A stretch of DNA of 64,000 nucleotides from Mytilus californianus. Its lineage: Eukaryota. The DNA lies in the NCBI RefSeq assembly GCF_021869535.1, contig NW_026262723.1, forward strand, positions 51,770,001-51,834,000, in the 5' to 3' direction. Numbering within the stretch: the first letter of the stretch is position 1; each line of letters starts with the position of its first letter. Position numbers and translations under genes: made by a program. This document shows positions 34,894 through 49,100 of this stretch, in pieces. The notes below the pieces were generated by a model. It worked only from the letters and a program-made list of their open reading frames with translations. It ran no database searches and was not told the origin of the DNA.

Positions 34894-37865
34894 AGGGGAA
34901 GAAGATACCAAGGGGGAAATCAAAACACATTAGTAAAAATTAAACGTAAAAGACTGATGAAAATAATAGTCCATTCTCAACAAAGCATAGCACAGAAAGC
35001 TAACGATTTAGCAACATGAGCACACCAAAAATTGAGGTTTGACTTTGGTGTTCTGGAAGAATCAGCAGTTAAATAAATGTAAAAGAGGAGACAGACAGAG
35101 AAAAAGGAAGTTTCTTGTATATGTTATATTTTTTACTGGTGTGATAAAAAGATTTACTAAAAAATGACAGTATGATTACAAATGATATAAGGAAACAATT
35201 ATTTATTTATGATGTTAGTGACGCAGTTAGAAAAAATTGAACCAAAAAAGAAATCTCAGAGGTGTTAAAATCTACAGACATAACATGTTTAGTATATTAA
35301 ACTATCAAAATATAGCTAATAAGTTATGAACTAAATACTATACAGGTAACAACTTTTATTGATACATAGCTTTCATACCAGGTAAATAAAGTTTTACTAT
35401 AAGATTAAAAACAAACAATCATAGTACACAAAACATAGGTAAAGAGATCCCAGGTGTACCAAGACTGGGTTATTGCAATGACTTTTAGATGTTTGATAAG
35501 GGCATGACTTGAATACTGGCCAATTTCAATTTTAGAAAGAAACATTGTTTCAGTATGGAATTTTATAATTGGATGTATAATATATTTCTATAAGGTAAGG
35601 TTGTTTTGCACATATTCTTCAACCTTATACTTCTTGGTCAATTACGTTTTTAGTTTACTTAAATCTGTAAGTTTTGAAAGAATCGCTGCAATTAAAATTA
35701 AGTATATCATGAATTTCCAAATTTATTTCTAGTTTGAAGATATAATTTGAAAATGTTAAACATTTAAAGGTCAAGAATGAAAGGTTCACCAGTTCCCTTC
35801 ATAAAACTTCCTTCTTAAGTTTTACAACCACTAAAATTGTGAACAATTGGATTCTTTTATAGTGTATATTACTGTATCTGTATTTTGTTTAAGTGTTACT
35901 ACATGTAGTATCATCATTAAATTTGGTGGTAATGTGTTCAAAAAGGATAAAATAGCTCAAGAGTTGTAATATCTGTGTGTGTCATTAAAAGATAACCATA
36001 AGATAGTAATGTTGTGACACTTCAATTTTTGATAAAATCTCTTAAACTTTACAAACTGTATAAACTAGCACTCAATCTGTGATACTTTGTCCCTGCTTTA
36101 ATCTATGGAGGTTGATCTGGACCATTGAGGGAGATGAGATATGATAATGTTTAGGATGGTTAAGGATTTTGTGGAGTATATACTGTAAATTCAGATATTT
36201 TTGCAATGTTATTATTATTGCAAATATTGGGAGGGAATCTGTTTCTTAAAAAAAAATTTCAGACCATAATTTTTATGCAGCATTTGTTCATTTTTGAAAA
36301 ATTGCAATAATAGATGCATACAAACATTTCTGAATTTATAGTAACTTACATTTACTTTCACCTTTCTAAAGTATACTTCTTTGTACCTTTGATGTCCTTT
36401 GTTCTGGTTTTTAGATTTTCTGTATTCGTACTCCCCAAAAAGTATATGTCTGTTGATCCTGCCTCCAGACTGACCTTAAGTTTTATTGCCATTCCAAAAA
36501 ATTATGGATTTTAATGCCTCTTTTGTCTAAATATTTATATTATAAGATGTAAATAATGTTTGAAGAAATTATAAAGTACCCAGTATCCTACTTTACCATG
36601 ATTTTTGATTGACAGAAATATACATCTGTAAATTGATTCCCACCCTGGTTAATCACCTTAAATCTCCATTGAACACCTGTTTTCTAATTTCTTTAATCTT
36701 GCACAATGCCTTCAGGTTTCACTGTGTAGGTGTTCATTTATGTAAATTACCTGAATTTTTGACATTTCAGAAATGTTTTTAATAGATGATATATTAGATA
36801 ACATCAGCTAATAATCAGGTACTTACAGACTAATATATGTGGAATTGAATATGATTTATACTTATAACAGGCTTTGACTTTGTTAAAGTACTGGAACACA
36901 TCATTTGTTAAAAATCTAAATTCTTTGTTTTGTTTTTAAAATTGACCTTTGCTTTGAATATTGTATTCTGATGTGAAATTTGCCAAAAATCTAATATTTT
37001 TTTGCTTTTTTATTGTTTTAAAAAGCTTTCATGATGAATGTTTATCGTCTGTTGGGGTATGGAAAAAGGCGGTTGATTAATCATTTAAATATATATTAAT
37101 ACTGACAAAAATCATTTTTTTGTTCATTTACTGTAAAGCAAGATAATGGTAAGTGTATTTCTGCTACCAATAGCTACAGTAAGATTCAGCATTGGAAGAG
37201 GACCCATTTGCAGTTGGTGTCTGTATCTTCATTCATAAAATGATATTTCCATGATATAAGATCAATTCATACTTCCTTAGAATAAGATTGCCATCAGACT
37301 GATCATTCATTTCTTGTTAGGGATCTGATTTTAGGAATTCTAAGATGGTATTTAACTTGGGGTGAATATGGTGAATGTTTAATCCCCTGTAAAGTAATAT
37401 AATCTGAAATAAACATTTCTAATCAACACACTGGATAAATTCCAGTCAAACTATTTTTTCACTTTTTCTCTATTGTTTAACTTTTTGCACTTCAGATTCC
37501 TATATGAGACTTCAATGAATTACATATTTGTTTCTCCTCTGTTGCTACTGCAGCTTCAAATCTTATAATTGGTTACTTCTTTCAGGATTCCTATGTAGTG
37601 ATCTTAAGGTTGAATGAATACAATTATGTTTTTTTTTCATTTTGTGTCTTCATTTAGAATTTATTAAAGGGAAATAAAGCAGACCTGTTATTAAAGCCTT
37701 TAATTCTAGGGACAGGGGTATAAGTAGACCCCAGGTTCTTCTGAATCGGTGTTTTGTAGTTTCATCATTTAATGAAACTAATATGTTCACAGTTTTTGTA
37801 TTTTTATTCCCCAGGTTGGTTAGTTGGAGGCTTCTTTACATCCGCGTAAGGAAAGTTTATTAAAT

Positions 37866-39045
37866 TGATGGCTGCTTAACATCCATTTAAGGAAAGGTTG
37901 TTTGATTGATGATAGCTTCACATACTACAAACAAAAGTTTGTTTGGTTGATGATAGCTTCACATACTACAAACAAAAGGTTGTTTGGTTGATGATAGCTT
38001 CACATACTACAAACAAAAGGTTGTTTGGTTGATGATAGCTTCACATACTACAAACAAAAGGTTGTTTGGTTGATGGCTGTTTAACATCCATTTGAGGAAA
38101 GGTTATTTGGTTGATGATGACTTAACATCCATTTAAGGAAGGGTTGTTTGGTTGGTGGCTGTTTAACATCCATTTGAGGAAGTTTGTTTGGATGATGACT
38201 GCTTAACACCCTACTAAGGAAATGTTGTTCGGTTGATGATGGCTAAACATCCATTTAAGGACATTTTGTTTGGTTGATGATGGCTAAACATCCATTTAAG
38301 GACATTTTGTTTGGTTGATGATGGCTTAACATCCTACTAAGGAAGTGTTGTTCGGTTGATGATGGCTAAACATCCATTTAAGGACATTTTGTTTGGTTGA
38401 TGATGGCTTAACATCCATTTAGGGAAGTTTGTTTGGATGATGATGGTCTAACCTCCTACTAAAGAAAGGCTGTTTGGTTGATGGCTGCTTAATATCCTAC
38501 TTAGGAAATGTTGTTTGGTTGCTGATGGCTTAACATCCATTAAAGGGAAGATTGTTTGTTTACGGCTGCTTAGAGCTATTTTTCTTATGCTTGTAGTTTG
38601 AAGGTTTGGTTGGCTTGCTTACTTTGTTTGTATAATATTTGCTCAAGCATTGTAATTAAGATTGACATCTGCAATCAATAGATAGGCGAGGCTTCAGCTT
38701 GTATACATTATACTCTGCATTATACTTAACATCCAATAACATTATACAAGCTGAAGCTACTCCTAACTGTTGATTGCAGATGTCAATCTTAGTTACAATG
38801 CTTGAGAAAACATTTATACAAGCATTAGGAAAATAGCTCGGAAGGGTTGTTTGGTTGATAGCTGCTTAACATCCTAGTAAGGAAAGGTTGTTTGGTTGAT
38901 GAAGGCTAAACATCCATTTAAGAAAAGATTGTTGCTGCTTAACATCCATTTAAGAAAGGTAACAATGTTTGGTTGATGATGGCTTAACATCCTACTGAGG
39001 AAAGGTTATTTGGTTGATGATGGCTCAACATCTATTAAAGGAAAG
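37866..39045. repeat. ~40-bp minisatellite (AAGGTTGTTTGGTTGATGATGGCTTAACATCCATTTAAGGA-like)
   Basis: About 20 degenerate units, with a homogeneous 41-bp sub-array x4 at ~37908-38071. It is interrupted by a MITE. Confidence 0.9.
38573..38839. mobile_element. Hairpin MITE inserted in the minisatellite
   Basis: GAGCTATTTTTCTTATGCTTGTA...CTCAAGCATTGTAATTAAGATTGACATCTGCAATCAA...GCTTCAGCTTGTATA, with the inverted arm ending AAAATAGCTC. Confidence 0.85.
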
Positions 39046-41217
39046 CTTTTAAAAAAAAATTTCTATCTTGTTCATTAATAGTCAAGATGAAATAGTTGAT
39101 GTATGTACATATAAAAGTAAAGGATAAACCTGGAATTATCTTTATTTCTTTATTTCCTTATTCTCAGAAATTACCCTTTTAAAAGGTCATAAATAAGGTC
39201 ACATTTGTGACATTAAAGGTATACAAGTTTAACCTTTCAGAAAGGTGTTTTGCAGTATCGTTAATTAACGTCAGTTTTTATTTTTGTGGTTTTTTTTGGT
39301 GATTTTTAGAGAAAAAAGAAGTTTTTTTTTCAGAGGTATTGGGTTTTTTTTTTTTTTATTTGTGGATACTCTTAGGGTTCCAGTTTCATATTTTTATTCA
39401 GTTATATGATGCAAAATGCGACCTTACAGGGAATAGCCTTTATCTGTCACAAATACAGGACTGTGAAAGGAAAATATAACATAAAATAGTTATAAAATAA
39501 CAAATTATTGAGGTTATATTCGGATCTCATTGATTAGACTGACACAATGCCGTTAATTCTGACTGATTAATTTCACTCTCTCCAATGAATTTGATTACTT
39601 CTCAGTCTTCTGTCAGGTACGAGTAAATTGATACCCTCCACTTCATCATCACCTTCAGTACACAGCTACAGTAACTCATAAATTGATGCTTTAATTTAAC
39701 CATGTTCCAAAGGTTACTGATATATACTTGTGTGTTGGTTGTTTTGTTGTACTGTTTTTTAAAGTGCCGTTTTAGACCCATTCTTAAATGTGATAGTTTA
39801 TAACATCATATGATAACTCAAATTTAACAACAAAGTTGAAAATGTTTTATTTGCTGGAATGCTTGAAGTTTTGTTATAAAGCACATGTACATAGACTTTC
39901 TTTTAAATAAACTAATGGTAATGAAAGGATAATTTAATAGAAAAACAAAGAAAAATGGTCTATCATATCACTTATTTTTCACATGCACCATGAATCTGTG
40001 GTGTTTGTTTATCAAGGTGACGATGATACATCTACTATCATCTACGGCACAAAAACCAGAGTGTTAATTAGTAGTCTTAAGTTTTTAGATCAATAATCAA
40101 TGAATGAAATATGTTTTTTTCAATTATGGATTCATATAAATATAAAAAAACGTACACAGAGGACTTGGTTTAATATACATGCATGCATTGGTATCAATTT
40201 CGACTGTCAAAGCTTATCCAGCAATATCTTATTCTACAACAACATATTCATTGATCAGGGCTCGAATACCCATACTGTCAGATTATCTGTATATTATTTC
40301 TTCTCCCCTTTTTATCATCCTCCCAAAATTATAACTCATTCTAGCCAATGGAATCTTATTAAGGCACACCAATAAGCAACCAATCAGAGCTAACTGTTGT
40401 TTAGTTATTGTTTCAAGATGGCATGTATATCAACTGAAACTAATAGCTAAAAGCAAAAAGGATTCCAATTTACTTATATTTTTCATCAATTTATATACAA
40501 CTGTACAGGCATTGCAAACCCTTGAAATTTCATATTATAATTGTAAACAATTTTTAAATAAAATAGCACTACAAATTTTTAGAAACAAGGGTCACAGATT
40601 GTTGTTTATCTAACAAAGCATAAACAAATGAATTCCAGGTCTTCATGTAGTCATTAGGGTGGGGATGGATGCATTGTATTTTGACTCTAAGTGACCTTTT
40701 CTAAACATTGTATTTTAGACCCTCATTGTACTGAACATACAGATCAAAGAAATATGATAATCCTATTTGAATTGATTGCTTTTTCATTGGAATTTATTTG
40801 AATACACACAAGGTGTATAAAGTAATGTCAATATTTGTTGAATAATTGTTTAAACCACAGTAAAAATCTGTTACAGTGGTATCAAGCTTCACAAACTTTC
40901 ATTTCTTTCCTATACCAGTGCCTTATTTGGAGGAGAATCTCTCTTCTTTTTTCCTTTTGTCTGTATGTCCATTTCCTTCCTTCACAGGAGTTTAAGGGTT
41001 CTCTGTTCTTTGAATTAGAATGAACAGAGGTTAGAGATGTGAAATTTTCTATATTATTTAAAATGTTATAGAATTTATCAAGATAACTAGTTTTTGTATC
41101 CTAGAAAATTCCATAAAAATGAAGAATATAATTATGATTCTACATTTGACTTTAAATTTTAATCAAAAATTGCACTTTTTTTATTGCACATTTTTTATTG
41201 CCCATTTGTATTTACAT

Positions 41218-41859
41218 TTATTAGGGCCCCGCCGAATGGCGGCAGCCCTATAGTGATCAGTCTGTCCGTTCGTCCATCCGTAACAAATTGTGTCCGCTCT
41301 ATATCTAGAGAACCTTTATTATTTCAAAGTTTATACTTGACATGTATATTAACCAACACCAGAGGGTGTGTCATAATGTATGTTCAACTTCCTAGGTCAA
41401 AGGTCAAGGTAAAAAACTTTGGTCTTAGTTGACAACCCCATGTCCTATGGTAAAGATCGTGTCCGCTCTATATCTTGAGAATTATGATTTCAAAGTTTAT
41501 ACTTGATATGTATATTAACCAACACCAGAGGGTGTGTCATAATGTATGTACAACTTCCTAGGTCAAAAACTTTGGTTTTAGTTGACAACCCCATGTCCTA
41601 TGGTAAAGATTGTGTTCGCTCTATATCTTGAGAACCGTTATGATTTCAAAGTTTATACTTGATATGTATATAAACCAACACCAGAGGGTGTGTCATAATT
41701 TATGTACAACTTCCTAGGTCAAAGGTCAAGGTCAAAAACTTTGGTTTCATTTGACAACCCCATGTCCAATGATAAAGATACAAATTTACAAATTTTTTAC
41801 CACACATTATTCACAGCGGGGCCCACAGAGATGGCTCCCATCTCAATGATATCTAGTTT
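41218..41859 (+). mobile_element. Complete HINE with three ~165-175-bp units
   Basis: Sub-TIR GGGCCCCG/CGGGGCCC, 5' hairpin, GTCTGTCCGTTCGTCC leader and 3' palindrome GAGATGGCTCCCATCTC. Confidence 0.85.
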
Positions 41860-43250
41860 CACATATTTTCATGGTTATTGGCTGAAGTTACATGTGTATT
41901 TTTTAAATATTCTGAAATGCAAGTTATAGGCCTAGATTTTCATTTTCATTTTTTGTTCTTCTATATTCATCTCCTTCCATCATAAACAGATAATAACGTT
42001 ACGTCATTGTCCTGAAATTCATGACTATCAGACTTTCGTCATTTTCTTTCTTTTTTAATTCTTTTTTCATTTGGATTTGTTTATGGCTTGCTCTAAACAT
42101 ATCCGCCTAAAAAAAGGCTAAATTACAAGACAACATTTAATAAATCACATAGAGAAGAGAAGATGTTTGGTCATTTATTGCTAATTTCATAAATAACCTT
42201 AGATAGATGTCATAATTTGTATAAAGTACACAAAAGAAAAGTTTGTTTTGTTTCCTTAATTTGTTGATGTAAATGAGAATTAGGTAGGATTTGGCTGTAG
42301 TTTGAAAGAAATAATGAACTGAATCTTTTAATTGTTTGAGGCAGATATTTTCCTCTGATTATTCAACATAAAACATTTTTTTCTCTCTCACTTGTATGCA
42401 TGTATGGAAATTTATCAAAAAACCTGACAAATTGTCAAAAAAAGAGGAGTAGTCATCTTTTTATGTCAGAATTAAGTTGGTCATTTTCCAAACTTTTGTT
42501 AACCAGTGTTTACATTTTTGGCATTGTGTTATAAAAAAAGAGATAAAATTTGTTGTCTGGTGAAAAATTATGTATTTTTATTTGTAATTACAAGTAAGAA
42601 TGCATGTCTGCATTGTTATATTTCCAACAAAAAAAAAGAATAGACATTTAAGTTGCTCTTTGACCTGGAATATATTTTGGTTAAATATGTAGACTTGATT
42701 GTTTCCCCAAGGAATGTATATAAAGAATGTTTATATTTAGTCCTTAATGTATATACCAATATAAATTCAACCTATGCATGCCAATAATTCTTCCAATATA
42801 ATTTTTTTGAAATTTAGTTTTTGTTAATTTATGAAAAAAGGAACTATCCAGGTTTTGGTTGGACTGTTTGGTAATTAATTTTTGGCATGTTTAATTTGGA
42901 CAAAACAGCATCAAGATTAAAGTAATAAGTAACATGTAGATAAAATATAAATGGTAAATATATGAATAAACAGATTGATAAATAAACAAAAAGTTAGATA
43001 AAAGAATTTTTGAAATTGATTAACTTGTCTCATTTATGTCTAGTGCAAGAAAGAGTTCAATTTATACACCTGTTTAAAATGTTAAACTCATAAATGTGGT
43101 ATTGTCTATCCTTTTGATGTTTATATGTGACATTAATATGTGCTTTAATTAGCAAACTGGATTAAAAGTGATCAAATCATTTGTTAATTAGTTTGAGTTG
43201 TTCAATTAAATATATGCTTAATTAAGTAAGATTTGATTTCCTTTTTACAG

Positions 43251-43461
43251 CTTCACCGTATATAACTATCAGCTGATAAACAAGAAATCTTTGTCATAGC
43301 ACTGGAGATTACATTTATCATGGATAATATTACTGGAAGTATTCAATGGATGTAAAATTAATAATATATTCATAACAGATTATGTGTGTGGAGTTTATAA
43401 TATTATAGTTTTAACAAGGATCATTGCATTCAAAAGTGACAACTTCAGTTTGAAAATAAAG
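43251..43461 (+). other. Candidate non-coding exon (UTR/lncRNA)
   Basis: CTTTTTACAG acceptor and AAG|GTATGT donor. All three frames have early stops. Confidence 0.25.
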
Positions 43462-45951
43462 GTATGTTCAGTTTAATATATATTTATATGTGTAATTCTT
43501 AAATGTATATGAAAAAAACCAAAGAAGACATACCTTTTGTAAAAATAGATTAATTCTGCAAATCTTTGATACATTATTTCCTGTGACAAGGATATAATAC
43601 ATCATAATTTATATGATTACTAATTATTTTGATAAATATATTAATATTAATATATGTATTACATGAGTTGATTTTCCACCGCAAAAGCAGGATATCAATG
43701 ACACGAAAAATGGAATCTCAGTAAAGAGGTTATATTACAAGAATGGACAAGGGGTTATTCACAAATTAAGTAACTTAAGTTATCATGGTTATATATGGTA
43801 AGTAACTTTTTTGGAAAATATTTTTAATGTGATGGGGACTAAAATTTGCTAAATATTTCTCTAAAATTGAATCTTTTGGTATGTTTTTGAATATTTTTGC
43901 TGGTGTATAAATTGCCAATGGTGGATATAGTTTTGCAATATTTGAGAAGATAGAATATCTATAACATTACAGATGTCTGAACATGAAATTAGATGGTATG
44001 GTTTATACTTAACAACAGTTACTATCATGACTGTTCTATGTAACTGAATACTGAAATATGTAATAAGTCTTTCTTTAGTTGGATTGCTAAACCTTAATGG
44101 TACATTTCATTATAATGTTGTAAAAGATATATTATAATATACTATTTTATTGCTATAGTGACAATTTTCTTGAATTTCATGGCTAGATTAAACAAAACAT
44201 GAATGTTACTACCCACCATAACTATGCATTGGGTTGATGGCTTTCAACCTACTGGTAGCACTCATATAATTCTTATTTCTGTCAACAAATCAAGAACATA
44301 CTCTATCAAAAACTTTTCAATCTGAGTTTTCTTAAAGTTATTACATCTATCATAATGTTAAAGATTATTCATGAAACAGAAACAAGATCATATGATATAT
44401 TTTCATTGATTTCATTCAAGTCTAAATCCAGGAATTCAAAAGCAATGAACCAAAAATATTTCCTCAAACTACAAAGTGCACACATGTACTGATAAGACTT
44501 CCTTTTGATCCCCCTTTATGTATATCTATGCTGATTCTGTCAACAGAGGGGGACTTCAAAAGAAAATATTTCCGAAGTACATAAATAGCAATAACAAGAA
44601 AGGATGATGAGCATGGCAGATTAGAACTTCATCTCAGGTTTTAGATGTGGAGATAAACAGAAAACTCACTGTGCTTACTGTCTTTCCATGTAGTTATTTT
44701 TGTGTAAAATATATTCTGTCATTCCAGAGTATATGACCCTCTGAAATCCTTCCTTAATCTATAACTTGAAAGATTTAGGGATCTGGGACAGAAATTTTAG
44801 GTCTGTCAGATATGGAAACATTATTGTAGTAAGTATTAGATACGCCTATGAGGGCATTAGCTTGATATGGTGTATCTAATTTACCCCATGATATTTTTGT
44901 CAATGCAGAATGATAGTTTTCAATAATTTAGGAGGGGGCCTTTCAGCTATGTGACCATATGTTATTGAAAAGCATGATCAATGCAGGGCATCCAATTTCA
45001 TTTAACGACATCTTTGTAAGCTTGAGATATAAGAATGGAAAAAACTCTAACTGATATTAAAACAGAGCATTGAAGGTTAATTTAGATAGACTGAATCAAA
45101 TGACATTTAAGGATTATCCAAAATAGGATTATCAGAAGATGAAGCAAGTAATCTTTATCTTGGTTATCCCTCTGTCAACAGTCTAAAATTACAGCTTTGT
45201 GGCAAAATATGAAACACTTAAAAGTCCAGGTATTAAAACATGGGACACATCAAAGTTAGTAAGGTGAAATCTTTACGTCTACAAAGTTGTTATGTTTTGG
45301 TGGCAAAATTTGAAATTGTTTCTTTTATTTGGAAATGATTCCATAGTAAAAAGTTGTTTTATTTTAAATTACTAAATGTGAAATATGAGGAGTATCATGT
45401 CAATACTGGGAAACTACTTCTTGATTTTTTGTGAATTTAAAAAAAAAAAGCCAATTCAACATTTAACTTAATGTAAACAGGATGCCTATTTATTCGAGTG
45501 TGTAGAGATACATTAGTTGAGCTAAATAAGAAAACTATTGGTTGGAAAAAAAGTTTGATAGCTTCACAATTTACAGTATCAGTTACATTAATTTTCTCCT
45601 TTCTGTTTTATTTCAATCAGTTATTTATTGTAAAACATTTAGAAATACTTGACATTTCATGTTATCATTGTTTGTCTATTGCACCTCATCAATATCAGTA
45701 AATAAAATAACAGTTTCTCTGATGATTTCAATCAGGAAAATAATTTTTATGTTGATAGCACTTGGTTTAGTTTTACCTTGGAACTAATCATTTGCATGTT
45801 GAAAAGTCATTTGTCTGTTCATAACAAGATTTGAGAGGTATCCAATTTCAACAATGCTACAGGTAAATATACATACATGTACATATCATTGGTTGACCTG
45901 AACAAAAGCTAGCTTGTCTGGAATATTTGAACAAGGGGGATAACTCTACTT

Positions 45952-46121
45952 ATTTTCACTGAACTAGTACACAATTTTATTTAGGGGCCAGCTGAGGACC
46001 ACCTCCGGGTGCGGGATTTTCTCGCTGCGTTGAAGATCCATTGGTGGCCTTCAGCTGTTGTCTGCTCTTTGGTCAGGTTGTTGTCTCTTTGACATATTCC
46101 CTATTTCCATTCTCAATTTTA
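45952..46121 (+). mobile_element. Solo copy of the 3'-terminal ~170 bp of the Naiad-like element
   Basis: Aligns with ~3910-4075: CACTGAACTAGTA...TTTAGGGGCCAGCTGA...CCATTCTCAATTTTA. Confidence 0.9.
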
Positions 46122-49100
46122 TTTTATAGTATCAGATATGTTGATGTTCAATGAGACGATGACATCAGTGAACTTTTACAGCTCCTTAAATGTATTCTGA
46201 CCTTTTTAACATTTGAATGGGAAACTCTTTAAAGGAAAAGTCAGTCTCTGAAAACATATAAATTTTGTTTTTGAATGGTCAGATGAAGAAGAAGTTTTTG
46301 ACAGTCACTTTAAACCGAGTGTGCAGAATAGAATATAATTTTTGAATTCTTGTCAGTTTAGTTGTAAGAAAATCTGATATCTTGTGATTAGTCTGTGGTA
46401 TCCTCTATTGAAATGGACATACACGTGATTGATTTCTGTATCATGGTAAGCATTCTGAATTCTTATTACATTTTATTAAACATTTCTTTACAAATGATAT
46501 ATTCATTGACAGATAAGCTTAAAGTAAAGAATGAACCTAGCTTGCATCAGCAATTCTTTTTAAAGATGCATCTAATATTTCATTTTAATTGATATAACAA
46601 ACATTTTTGCTAAAAATTGTTGGAAAATATTACTTTCAATAAGCCATGACATATCATGTTCAATATGTTATGATAAAGTTAAAAATGTCAGAGAGAAAAG
46701 TTTACTTTTGTTAATATCAGCTTTTTAGAGGTTATTACATAAATTGTTTATATAGATATATAGTTAAAGGTTATTATATTTTTATAAGACTGGTAGCCTA
46801 ACCTTTGCTTTGCCATGATAGATTTCTCCACATCTTGTTGAAATTCTTGACTTGAAAATTCGAATTACAAATTGTACTAAAAATTAAAACCTGTCAAATA
46901 TATATTCATCTATGTAATACTCAGACTGCTTTACTAAAATTTTGGATGCTAAATTTGTGTGAAATCTTCACCTATAATACTAAAAACAGATAATAACAAA
47001 ACACATCATTTTCAGACGTCAATTGATTGAATGCTGGCCAACTTTTATTTTGGGTGTAAACATTTTAAGTCTAATTTACAAATGATAGACAAATCTGTGT
47101 TCCTAATTAAAGATTTATTGTTAAAATTTGAGTCCTAAAAAAATCTTTTGTATGTATGTTTGACTAATTTTAAGAAATTTAATGAATCAATATCTTAAAT
47201 GTTAAGATACCCTTTAACGAACGTTCAAGTGTTGAAGTTAACTTGTCTTCGGTTTTTGAATACTTTGACAGTGAGATCATAATTGTCTGAACTGCATGTA
47301 GCTTGAAATGTTTCACAAAATGAAATTTATACTCTTCATGTGCTTCACTAGGCTGTTAAAGAGAGGAGAAACAAGTCTTATATAAATTAGTCTGAACTTT
47401 GGGATCAACTTTTAAAACAAAGCCTTAATCTTGTTGACTTGATAAATTACAATTAATAATGTAAGTGAGAATGCATAAAGTATGAAACATCGGTTTTTTG
47501 GACCATTTGTTTTTAAATTTCAATAGCTTTAAGGTAAAGGGTGCAGCTGCAGAATTCAAAGTCCTCTTTATTTAAGCCTAAGTTTAGAGCATGATTTTTA
47601 TTTTCAGCTAACAATTTTAAGTAAGACATGCTTATTACTGGAAATTTAGCAACTTATAATCAGTTTGTCTTGAAACAAGAAAGGTCTATGAGAAAGTGCT
47701 TTATTCAGGGTATTGTTCAAGACCTGCATGACTATAGATGATGCTGTTATTTAGATATGATATGGTCAGTAAGGTCAAACTCAATGAGAAGGGAACCCAA
47801 CAACATTATAAAACCAGATGTTTTGATCATGATTACAAGTGTGAATGTTGAGTTCTCAAATACTTGTTTTACCTGTCACAAGCTATTATAAGGTGTCTGT
47901 CTCAGGAACTTTGTCTCTGTCTTTTATCTCTTATAATGTTTTTTTGTCCTTTAAAGAATTCTGGTATTGATGGAAGAAGTTCTGAATCAGTAGTCTCATT
48001 TAAATTTATTCACAACTAAGGATGATTTAGAGATTGACCATTGGTTGACCTCTAGATTTCTTAATGTAGGGTTACTGTCTCATTGGTCTATGTCCTATAT
48101 CTCTTGTTAATCATGTTTAAAGGTCAAAATATAGCATTTAATGATAAACAAGTGGTCATACCATATGTCAAGGCTTAATTACATAAAGTCTACAATGGTG
48201 TTAATGAAATCAACAGAGTCCACCAAATTTAATCTATCAGCCAAGATTAAAAAAAAAAGGGGGGGGGGGGGGGGGCTCAGTAAACTGGGAGAGAAAATGG
48301 ACTACAAATCTAATTTTTGACCAAATTGGACCTTCTGAGCCCCTAGATCATTAACACCAATTAATACAAAAAGAAAATTATACATGATCAGCATACTCCT
48401 CAAGAATTGAGAGGCATTTTACTGTATCCACTCAGCACTAGATAATAAATTAACTTCAATGAATGTACAACAAATGATTAGTAAGTGGTAACATCACATG
48501 TCTTATCTTGATTGTAATGATTGAAGATAATGTCTATCCTAAGGTTGTATTTAATCAAGGTAGATTCTTTGATAAATATATTTTTATTTAAAAATGTTCA
48601 AGCTTCAAAAAGGTTTATATATTGATCTAATAAGATAATCTGATATGCCTGTATACAGTTGTGTTTGCTTGATATATATTCTGTTTTTGAACTTAAATGA
48701 AAGTTTTTTATTTTACCACACGTATAAGATCTCTCACAAATCCACCCTACTTAAAATATAAAACGAATAAAAAAATGATGCTAACATTTCGTATAAAATT
48801 TGAGATGGAAAATGAACCATGCACCCCTCATTAAACATTGTCATTACAGAGACATCACACCCAATCCCCATTGAAACTGACAAAAGAGTGACTCTTCCAA
48901 TAATATAAATACATAGGGTACAGCATAATCAGGCTATCAATACTTTTCATTATTTGCAGATTTTGGGATTTGTGTCAAAAATCTTAGATTGATTCTGTTA
49001 AATTCATTACACTTTTTATGGACTTGAGAATTTAGAGCTTGCCATAATGTATAAACACCTGTCTATTATTTAGACTGTATGTTGCCCTCTACATGTCTTG

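Noticed and set aside
33717-34930. Long minus-strand ORFs of 384, 311 and 248 aa
   Set aside because: By-products of a 22/23-bp pyrimidine-rich repeat; all three frames give the same cyclic peptide.
37866-39045. CRISPR-like array
   Set aside because: The units are contiguous with no unique spacers, the context is eukaryotic and there are no cas genes.
44500-44570. Hairpin TTTTGATCCCCCT...AGGGGGACTTCAAAA as a pre-miRNA
   Set aside because: Large irregular loop; the arms resemble eroded repeat fragments found elsewhere in the window.
45984-46056. CTGAGGA...GAAG as a hammerhead core
   Set aside because: No GAAA, no stem III/UH arrangement, and the other copy has CTGAAGGA.
21969-48275. Long poly-G runs (about 21969, 22075, 24693, 48260) as functional G-quadruplexes
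   Set aside because: Mostly homopolymer expansions within repeats, with lengths unreliable in assemblies.
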